Origin: Fimbriosthenelais zetlandica
Taxonomy: Eukaryota
DNA: 64,000 nt
Direction of reading: 5' to 3'
Assembly: GCA_977030845.1 (NCBI GenBank)
Contig: OZ365109.1
Span: 15,562,001-15,626,000 of the forward strand
Part shown: positions 43,181-53,062 of the stretch, in pieces
Numbering within the stretch: the first letter of the stretch is position 1
Layout: each line of letters begins with the position of its first letter
The notes under the pieces: model-generated
What the model saw: only the letters and a program-made list of their open reading frames with translations
Databases searched by the model: none
What the model was told of the DNA's origin: nothing
Made by a program: the position numbers and the translations under genes

Positions 43181-46100
43181 TTATCCGTGAGCACCTGTTG
43201 CTTTGGCCGAGATCATCTCCCTGGGAAGTGGTCGTGGCTTGGCCAGCCTCGCACCACTGGAGTGTCGCCGCGTCTCCAGACCAAGATTAGGGAGGCGCGC
43301 GGTGATAGTCTGACTGTTGCGGGGACATCCATGTAAACCCTGTAAAAGATTATATATGGATTTATTCATAATTATGTGATGGGCTAAATCCTATGATAAG
43401 TTCTAAATTTAATGCCTCTTCCTCGCCTGAAACACTTCCCCGCCTCAAAAACTTTTCCCATAGGCTAATATAAGAGCCACACCCACACACTATATATACC
43501 ACGATCCCCTAAGCAGCAGCCGTCCACATTTTCATTCTATGATTCAGGGATCAAATCAGTTAACCTAATATTTGCAAAATAATCTAGATATCTAGTCAAA
43601 GGTTTACTTGATCGCAAAACTATTACATTTATCACATAGGCTATTTATAATAAATAGGCCTACGGTTATCAATGTTTGCAAATCATCTCTAAAATCTAGA
43701 AAAAACATTTTTGTGTCCTTATTAGTATCGTTACAATTTCTCCAGGTTTAAATGTCACTCTCTGTCGCCAGGTCCCCCTCTCCCTTCTCATCCATGTACA
43801 TCGTAACACAGAAATTACCAGCATGCATATAGATCATCACCCCATCCCAACTTCTCAATACTGTATTTTAATTTATCAAAGGTTTATGGTTAGAGGTAAA
43901 ACGAAGTTTAAAACAAATCAAGGTCATCTGTAATATAGATTCACGTAAGGGCAGTAATACCAGAGAGCAGAGAGAGTATTATGTGTACGTGTATAGGCCT
44001 ATTACAGTTATGACCTTAGAATCTTAGATAGTTGATTTCACTACAAATGTCTCTGGCTGATGCCTCGGTAAATCAATTGCTAAACGCACTAGGATAAGAG
44101 ATTCATCATATCTTATAGGTCTAAGCACAGGGTGGCGCCACCGAGCTGAGACTGGACTGTTAGATGGCGCCCCCTGTGTATATAAATGGCAAAGCCCAGC
44201 CTCTACCACATTCTGATTGGCTAACCAACACCATTGTGACAACCTGTGACATCATACTTGCTAAAGATGGCTGACCCCCATCTCTTACTCTGGGGAGACT
44301 TATCTTGTTTAGGAATTGATTTCTCGCTACTGAGACATCAGCCAGCTATCATTAGTAAATACAACTATATCCAAGGTCAGAACTACGCCGGAAAATTACT
44401 TTAAAACAAGTGTTTGGATTCTGTTTATGTATGCTCATTTGGAGAGAACCAACGCACAAACCGTGAATCTACATGTACATGGTATGAATTATATGTACAG
44501 GTAGGTGGAAAATATGGACAGTGAACATAAAAAATATCAAAAGCACAATATGAACGTCTCAATTAAATCAGCACATCACGTTCAACCGTTAAACAGTCAA
44601 GTTCATGCATGAAAAAACTCCGACAGTGTATTACCATACTCTCCTGAATAGAAAAGAACAATGTTACTGTTAGGTGCTCAAAAGTCATAATTATAAAGCC
44701 CTTCCCGACAAGCATTCAAGGTCCCCCTAAATCCTTTATACATGGGGTGGAGGCGTGATGAAGCTCGCATCTTCTGTAAGGCAGGAACACTTTCAAGCCA
44801 CGCCCACAAAGGAGATGGCCACACCCGCCCACGCACCTTCTCCATGTCTACCTTTGGTCCTGGGGGAGGGGCGAAGAAAACATTGGCATTGCTTACCGTT
44901 ACCGTCAAGTTAGGGATAGGTGACTGAAAATAATGTAATGGCCAGAGATATTATGTAAAATTATGATAGAATCAAAGCTCTTATCTCCATTATAACCTGC
45001 TCTAGGAAAGAAAAGAAAATTTAATTAATATAAACTACCACCTTTTTCACCATTTCTTACAAGATAGGGCCACTGACCGTCTCAGCCTTCATGGACTTTC
45101 TTTCATTTTCTTTATCTGCTTCTGTCATATCTACCTCCATGAGAGATGGACAGACATACACATCTCAACGTCTCTCTGTCGGGGTATCTATCTGTCAGTC
45201 TGTTCAAATTAATTTTATTTTAAGACAGACACAATAATTATTAGTGTAAGGAATACATACCATGATAGACTCTGGGTCCTCCTCTCGACTAGCAGGTCTA
45301 CTATTACTGCTATAATGAGACGTCGGGGGACATGGTGACTTGGCTCCTGCAGAGTTGGTTACGGAGTAAGAATTATTCACTAAGAAGCTGTCTTCCCTAC
45401 CATTCATGGCAAACCTGAGTTGGGGAGTGTCAGCCACAGCGAAAGCAAGTCTACCTGCGCGTCTGTCTAAGACGACAGGATGCTGCTGAGTAAACATTCT
45501 GTTAAAGTTCTCCTCTCTGTTATAAAGTTCATTGCGGTAACGTTGCACCTCTTTCCGTAGCCGTTCAAGCTCCTCTCCAAATTCCTGTGGAGAAAAAACA
45601 GGAAAATAATAATGATTGAATATCAAAATAATATAAAAATGAATACATGGATCAGAGAATTATATTTAGGCAATAGACCATTTAGAAATTCCACCTAGTT
45701 TGCTCAGGTAACAACCATAATTAGACTGATCCAATTCTCATAGGTCTATATGGATTATGGAAAAGAGACGAAAGGTGTCTTATTTCAGTCTTATACATGT
45801 AATTTCAGTTTTAAAACGAGATGGCGCCACTGCAGTCAGAGCTTAACCAAGCAGGGGAATAGGCCCTACATCTCCGAGTACAGTAGAAAATCCTATCAAA
45901 TGTATTACATCAAAATAAAATATAAACGGCTACCATGCATTTATGGTAATTACATGTGTACATGTATGCATTTTGATTTTCCATTAAATTCGAGGATCCA
46001 CGGGGGTATTAAATAATAATTATTATTATTATTTAAATCAGGTGCCGGCTTCACAAAACATGTTTTCTGCATTGTTCTGGTTCTGTAATTCGGCATTTTT

Positions 46101-46988
46101 TTCTTGCCGGAATGGAAACAAATGCCAGACATAGCAATTGCAATTATATTAGAATAATTATAAAGCTCCTGAAATCGTATTAACAAAGTGTTTCACCTGG
46201 CAAAAACAACATAGACTTACTGGGGCTGGCTCAGCTCTTGATCCGGCACTACTCCGTCCTGACTTATCGGATCTTTTTAACAACTCCTTCTTCAGTAGAC
46301 GTAAATCCGATTCTAAATTTTTATTTCTAGCAGACAAACTGTCGCGGGCCTTTTCACATTCTGTGAGATTCTGATGGGAAGTGGACAATTCTTTGCGTAT
46401 TTTCTCATTCTCCTTCCGGAGGTCTTGCAGGACACCATTAGAACTATGATCAGCCTCTTTGAGCCTTCTCTCTAGGTTGGAAATACATTGTTTTAAGTGT
46501 TCTACCTCTTTGCTTTTACTTTCGAGTGCCTTGTTTTTTCTACTTAACTCCTCCGAATGACAATCACGGAGCTTTTCCAAGTCTCTCTGGGCTTGAATTA
46601 ATAGATCTCGAGCATTCTGACACTCCCTTTTCTCCTCATTAACCTGCTTCTCTAAGATGGCCCATTTTTTCTGCCATTCCCCCTCACGTTTTGCTAAACC
46701 GTCATTGTCCTTGCTTTTTGTCCTTTCCTCCTCCAATTGTTTGGTGACTTCCCGCACTTCCTCCCGTAGGTTTCCGATTTGCGTTTTAGCATCTTTTATC
46801 ACTAGACTTATTTCGTGTTCGTAAGCTTCCTTGTATGCTTCCAGTTCAACTTCTTTTTCGTGGTTCCTCGTGAAGAGCATATGAACTACCTGCGTCAGTT
46901 CGGCCACTTTCTTTGACATTCGAAATTCGAATGTCTTTTTCCTGTCTCCATCTTTGGAGGTTATAGTATCCATGACGTAACCGGACAT
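43181..46988 (-). CDS. FAM184: FAM184-like coiled-coil protein, ~425 aa
   Basis: Exons 46988-46221, 45584-45261, 44923-44897 (27-nt micro-exon), 43339-43181, all phase 0. RMSKKVAELTQVVHMLFTRNHEKE resembles FAM184 KMSKKIAQLTKVIYALNTKNDEHE; ELYNREENFNRMF resembles ELVNRETNFNKVF. The last two exons are less certain. Confidence 0.78.
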
Positions 46989-47365
46989 ACCTGTAAGATA
47001 ATTTCATGATGAGACATTAAGCCTAATTATAGTCGTTACTTAGGTACCATATAATTATAATTATAATGTATAGGCTTATATAATTATGGCCTTACGTAAA
47101 ATACTGGTTAAGTTAAATTTTTGAGCCAAAAAAATAATTAGAGTTTGATCCCGATTATGTTTTACGTATTCTTATACAGGATTAGGCCATACATAGGTAC
47201 ATATAGAACTGTATAACTACACTTGTGTGTATTATATATAGCAACGCCTGTAGCGTCAATGTATAAATGTCTACATGTACTATTCATATATATGCGAGAA
47301 TGTAATAGGCTAATTATTATAATAATAGTTCAGTAGGCTAAAATTTTCCTCTCTCACAAGACTCT

Positions 47366-47493
47366 TTAGGTACGCCTCAATTGTGTATTCCTAAATATCA
47401 TTAAATTTTAGGTACGCCTCAATTGTGTATTCCTAAATATCATTTAGGTACGCCTCAATTGTGTATTCCTAAATATCATTTAGTAACGCCTCA
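47366..47493. repeat. Tandem repeat, ~36-bp unit x3.4
   Basis: TAGGTACGCCTCAATTGTGTATTCCTAAATATCATT repeated. Confidence 0.92.
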
Positions 47494-48528
47494 ATAATTA
47501 ATATTTGGTGTGGAGCAGATGACCATGATAGCGTGTGAGTGACTGGATTGTGTGACCTATCAGCCCTCCCACTCACCCCGCCCCTCCCCCCAACCAACAC
47601 ACCCCAATCCCCCTCATGTCCAGTCCTGGCCTATAGGACACTTCCCAAATATTTTCTTTTACATCTAAATAAGATATAGCTATAAACTTTTAATGGACGT
47701 TTATTTATTTATTTCTGTAAACGCATTATATGTCTTTTTGTATTCAGAAATCGGTGCAGTACCCGCCAAAGAAAGCCAGGAGGGGGGGGGGGGGGGGTCA
47801 AGTCCCCACTTTTGCAAGTGATTTCTTTTCATAAGGTTTCACACAAGGTCCATACGGTATATAATGTTATTAACTGGGACACATTCTTAAATTCTACTTC
47901 ATTTCCTACTTCTACATGGCATTCCTCTGTGTCCATTGTCCAATTCTGGTGGGAGTTACAGACCTTGATATTATCGTTATATAGGACTCCAGAGTCCTTA
48001 AGCCTCCATGCATACATGCACATTATGATTCACTGTACATGGATCTAATAAACTCTTGACTACAGTCAGTGAGTAAACATACTGGTCGTGGTATCACTAC
48101 TACAGTAACAGTATATAGTGACTAATAATAGACAGTAATTAAATTTGTTACTGAACTGCAAAGATTTATTATAAATAGGCCTACATGTACAAGATTTACT
48201 GTTATAAATATATTTTATTTAATAAATTATATGATATTCAATATTTGTAATTATATAGGGACTGACAGTTCACAGGCTATTGTTACTATAAGCTACTATA
48301 ACCATATGGATAAACAATCTCAATCAATCAGTCAATAATCAGTAGAATAATAATAAAATATAGGTTAAATAAAGACAATTTCAAAAATCCTTCCTACTCG
48401 TATGGGACCAGGATAAAATATCAAAATTGACCTCAGCATCATTGAGGTAGATGTAGTCAAAGGATCGATTTATCTAAACTATAGATAATTATATAGGCTA
48501 ATATTAATTGACATTGAATTGACTCACC

Positions 48529-48900
48529 TCGGATTAGAAAAAACCTTTTATGCAGTCATTTCCCTCATAGAAACCCCTCGGTATACATGTAATTCCACCT
48601 GTCGGTCATGTCTTCTGGCTGACTATATGAAAAGCTTTGTAGGAGAGAGGGACCGAGTTAGCCAGGGGAAAGGACCTACTTTGAGGCAGGTGAGAATTCT
48701 TAAGTTAAAAGCTCCGGAACTGAGCTCTTGGCTTGCACGCCTTCTGTGGATTTAGTCTTATTGGTGGAGCTATTTGGGGAATATTGGAAGCTATTAATTC
48801 GGCCTACTTTGAGTAGGACCCACTCTCCCGTGTGTTAGTGCCAGGCACATCGCCATGGGACTTTTTCAACATGTCACGACATGGCGTCGATTTGCCTTTC
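48529..48900 (-). other. Probable non-coding first exon of the FAM184-like gene
   Basis: Strong donor GAG|GTGAGT at 48529; coding exon has acceptor CTTACAG| two nt before its ATG; TATA-like TATATAG ~48918; short uORFs; 5' boundary approximate. Confidence 0.45.
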
Positions 48901-49106
48901 ATGAGCGCACGTGGCGCTATATACATGTAATACTAATAGGCTTAGGCCTACTATAGACCTATAATGTTCTTATGTCAGTTCTTTCTCAATGAATTCCATT
49001 TTGCTTGGGAAATCAGATATGTCGTTCTTCTTCGAGATATTTTCGAGTAGGCTACTCCACGTTTTTTTGCAACATCCTTGAAAAAAGTAGGCTACAGATA
49101 AACTTA

Positions 49107-49294
49107 TGCCGGGCCCACACAGAGGCGATATGCCCAAGCGATGCAGAGTGATATTATATTTCTATAGTCACACCTAATGCTTGTAATTTTATCAGTTGCC
49201 TTAGCTAGACTGTTAAAATTGCAAGCATTGGTTGTGACTAGAAATACTATCGCTCTGCATCGCTTGGGCAAATCGCCCCTGTGTGGGCCGGGCA
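49107..49294. mobile_element. MITE, PIF/Harbinger-like
   Basis: ~48-bp TIRs TGCC.GGCCCACACAG.GGCGAT.TGCCCAAGCGATGCAGAG; TTA target duplication on both sides. Confidence 0.87.
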
Positions 49295-50361
49295 TTAGGC
49301 CAATGTGAGATAGATTGTCACCGGTGTTGTACAACCATAGGCTAAAGTGTTGTTGTACAACACCCCGATAGTCTCCATTTCTTAATCTATATCAATAAGT
49401 AAAACAAAGGGAATGATTTAATTAGTGATTTAATCGTACCAAACATTATTAAGCCTCTGTTATTTCATTTGCTTTTATTCTTTCAGATTCAAGAGAATTA
49501 AGGGGGCGGCATGAGCCACTAAAAGATAATAGGGGAGCGAGCGTATGTTGGCGATTGTTGGCTTTCACACAATGTCATCCCATTTATAATGGGATCCAAT
49601 GATTGAAATGTTGTCAATGTTCAAATTACAAGCATTTGGTGTCAATAGAAACATAGTTGTGGACAGCTATGGGATGGGGCCGGAGAGAACCACCCTCCTC
49701 GGGTGGAAAGATGCCCTGCTGTGGGGAGGATGGGGAGAACCGGATCAGTGTGCACTTCAACCACGGACTGGGCAAACAATAACTGTTAAATTCCCCTAAT
49801 TTTTTTCGGATTATACTGAATCAATGCTCATCATAGGCCTAGGTATATTTGCTGCTGACAAATTAAAAAAAAACAACAAAAACATTATATTAAATTATTA
49901 AAGGGACACTATGATGGAGGCACAATGAATATGTACGTGTATCTGCAGCTGACCCCCTGAACCCTGACCTGAAGTAGACCTCATAGGAAGCTGTGACACT
50001 GTACGAGGCGGATCCATACCGGAAAAAAAAATTAATAATGGATGACTTGGTACTTAGGACAGGTCAACCAGTGCCTTCTCAAAATTAATACCTGGTGCAC
50101 GACATTGGAAGGGCTCGCACTGGGACTACTCAATTATTTCTCTAGATTGCGGGCAGCCACTAATATCATCCTATATATACTGCATGTGCTTCGGAATGAT
50201 TGAAAAAATCAATCTGATATAAATAGGAGCTAACTCAACTAAATACCCCAATATTTGAATTCATCAACAGTGTCTAAAAATAAAATGAAACAATTGGTTG
50301 ATTTAAAGAAATTGGCCAAGAGCAAATTAAGGGCTGGCCCAAATCTGATCCTCAATCTCCC

Positions 50362-50394
<33 letters not shown>

Positions 50395-50938
50395 CCAGAA
50401 CCCTGTCCTCAATCTCCGTCCTGTCTGGGAGTGTCCCGGTCTTGATGGTAAACAAGTATGGAATATCAGCACATCGATACCCACTGTCACACCCGAAGTG
50501 CCGCGGGGGTGGGGGCTTGAGCCAGTTAGGCCTACTACGCCCTAATTTGACCCTCCTGGGCGAGGGTCTACAACCCTCTGATGGAGCGTACGCTTTTAGC
50601 GCAGGAACCAGTCGGTAGGGGTCAGTTGGATTTGGCACTGCCTCTGGGGATTAAGTGGAAAATAGTCCCTATTTATATGACCGCCCACACTCTATCCACA
50701 TTTTGACACCCCCGCCATCCCGCCATACTTCCCTAACACACATTGCGCTGGTCACAACTATAAATAGGCCCGGAAGTACTATTAGGTATATAGTTGATCT
50801 TTCACCCCATCCCTTCTCTTATCCCGGACCCGCTCCAATGAATGTCTTGGAGATAGTGTCGGACATTATGCCGTGATGTCATTAGGTCTGACCTATTGTA
50901 ATGAACCTGGCGGACATCAGCGAAAAAGTGTGCGTCCT

Positions 50939-51005
50939 CTGGCCAGACCGGGAATCGAACCCGGGCTTCTCACAGTCTTGGTGAGTGTCCTACCTGTAGA
51001 CTGGC
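50939..51005 (-). pseudogene. tRNA-derived sequence (pseudogene or SINE head) with truncated D-arm
   Basis: GCCAGTC/GTCTGGC acceptor stem (6/7 paired), CTCAC-7nt-GTGAG stem, CCGGG-TTCGATT-CCCGG T-arm with B box, T5 about 12 nt downstream; non-canonical anticodon loop. Confidence 0.6.
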
Positions 51006-51075
51006 TCACACATTCTCCACCCAGGTCACCAGAGTACGCCGTTACCATGCATGCAGAGCCCGCTCGCTGACCCCC

Positions 51076-51142
51076 TACCCAGCAGGCACAAGACGTCTTC
51101 ACAACTCTAGACGTTGTGAAGACGTCTTGTGCCTGCTGGGTA
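51076..51142. repeat. Perfect 30-bp inverted repeat with 7-nt loop (collapsed MITE, TA-flanked)
   Basis: TACCCAGCAGGCACAAGACGTCTTCACAAC-TCTAGAC-GTTGTGAAGACGTCTTGTGCCTGCTGGGTA. Confidence 0.9.
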
Positions 51143-52347
51143 TAGCCTTTCTCACTCTCCACTATTCCCTAATGAACGATCATTATTGCGATGTGTTACC
51201 ATACTAATACACCACGCAATAGGTTAATTATATATAGGGCTAATAAGTATTAAACCATGGAGAAAAACACAGGAGGTGATTCCCAAGTGGCAATCTAGGC
51301 CTACTAATGAGGCCTAATTGGTAGGCCTATGTTCAGACTTACTGAATTGACTATATTGTTTACTTGGATATTGATTGCACATTATTTTGATTTTTGTGGA
51401 TAGGCCCACTAGCCTACATGTATACATGTAATTATGTAGATGCTTGTGGTTTTTACAATCCTGTCTTCTTGGAATTTATGTTGGTCATAAAAATCATGCT
51501 ACATAGCTAGGACTTAATAGGCCTATAGGTGCTTTTTATTTTCATTTAAAGATCACAGATCGTCCTCCAGTTGAGATATCAATTAGCCTATAATGACTGA
51601 TCGGGCTGCTCAAAGGGGGCATTTATCAACAGGATCTCCATCCATTCTTGCAGGTTATGATCACTATGATGATCAATATTGGCCTATTAGGCCCTATCGC
51701 TCAAAATAATTTTGTTCTCATGCCATTTGTAGGTTCATTCCTTGAATCAATCCAAGGACGCGGATATGGAGAAAAGTATGGGAGAAAGGGCATACAATGT
51801 ACTTGAGTAGGCCTATAGGATGTGCATGTAGAACTACACTACATGGTCCATGATTCCATGTTGTGGATCACGTGGGGTAGCCGATGCATCTTGGGATCTT
51901 GGGATCTTGGGAAGGGATGTGAGGGCAGCTTCCTACGCACGTCGTCCGGGGGAGCAGCACGTGGGCGTCATTCATCTCTGTCCGGCTGGGTGTTTACAGC
52001 CGGCTGTGTGTGTGTGAGCTACTCCTACTTAAAGCCTCACCCCGCCCCACCAGCGAGCAGTATAGAGCAAGAGTGAGAGAAAGCAGGCCACACCCACCTT
52101 ATAATATAGACCTATAGGCCTGACACACGCGTGGCCCTCCACTAAAAGTTGGGATCTGACAAGAACAAAAGGAATAGGCCTACCCATTGATATTGTGCTA
52201 CCTCTTCCAAAATATAGGCCTAACACAAGGGTGATTTGTATTGAAAGTTGGGGAAACAGAAAGTTAAGAGTCGGAGAAAACTGTGGAAAGTTGTTGTAGT
52301 GGAAGTTAGTTTTGTATTGGAATATTCGGAGTTGCTCATATTATAGA

Positions 52348-52597
52348 ATGAACAGGCTAACAGTCACACTGGCGGCCCTGTGCCTTGCTTGGATGGCTGT
52401 GTTGGCTGTAGAAGCTTGGAGTGAGCCGTGGACAATGGATCGTAGCTCCAGAATTGGAGGATCGGCTAGATACCACTGTTGTTGCCCTAATTGCCCTGGA
52501 CGAAGGGGTTTACGGGGTTGCTTCCCCTGCAGAAACCAACAGTATTACTGCAATTGTGAAAGCTGTTCGTGTTTCCCAGAAAAACCTGTTGACACAA
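52348..52597 (+). CDS. Small secreted cysteine-rich peptide precursor, main coding exon (candidate terminal exon 54358-54392)
   Basis: MNRLTVTLAALCLAWMAVLAVEA signal peptide, then WSEPWTMDRSSRIGGSAR, then YHCCCPNCPGRRGLRGCFPCRNQQYYCNCESCSCFPEKPVDT; acceptor TTATAG| just before ATG; strong donor A|GTAAGT at 52597. Confidence 0.75.
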
Positions 52598-52718
52598 GTA
52601 AGTTTTGTAAAAGTTATAAACTCTTAATTTTGCTGGTTAAACTTTAAAACTGTCCATCGAAGATATTAAATCTATTGGTTAAAAAGTCAAAAGTTTAAAA
52701 ATATTTCTACTTGCCCAA

Positions 52719-53062
52719 CACTATACTAATTAATAATCGGTTGTGATCGGATCCGATTAGATTCGAAACGATCAAAATCGATTAAGCAAAAAAAAAACCC
52801 GATAAATTTCAAACTGTTTTTTGTCAATAATTCTTGTGTATCTTTTTCATTTTCTATGTATCAAATGACCCCTTAATCCAAACCCGACGGCCCGACCATT
52901 AAAATCATTGATCACCCAAATCACCCAAATCCACCTACCGATCGACACCCGATCCAATTGATCCGACTGAATTGGATCCGATTTCAACCCACACTTTTCA
53001 GATCCAATCGATAGTAAGCAAAAATCGGATCAGATCAAATAGGATCCTTAATCGGTACAGTG
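52719..53062. mobile_element. Non-autonomous DNA transposon remnant with CACT(A/G) termini
   Basis: Left CACTATACTAATT...GATCGGATCCGATT, right reverse complement CACTGTACCGATT...GATCTGATCCGATT; many GATCC/ATCG subterminal repeats; no TSD seen. Confidence 0.55.

Noticed and set aside
50239-50638. Poly-Gly/poly-Pro ORFs (also 11461-11764, 15657-16043, 20258-20455, 55251-55460)
   Set aside because: Artefacts of G/C homopolymer tracts
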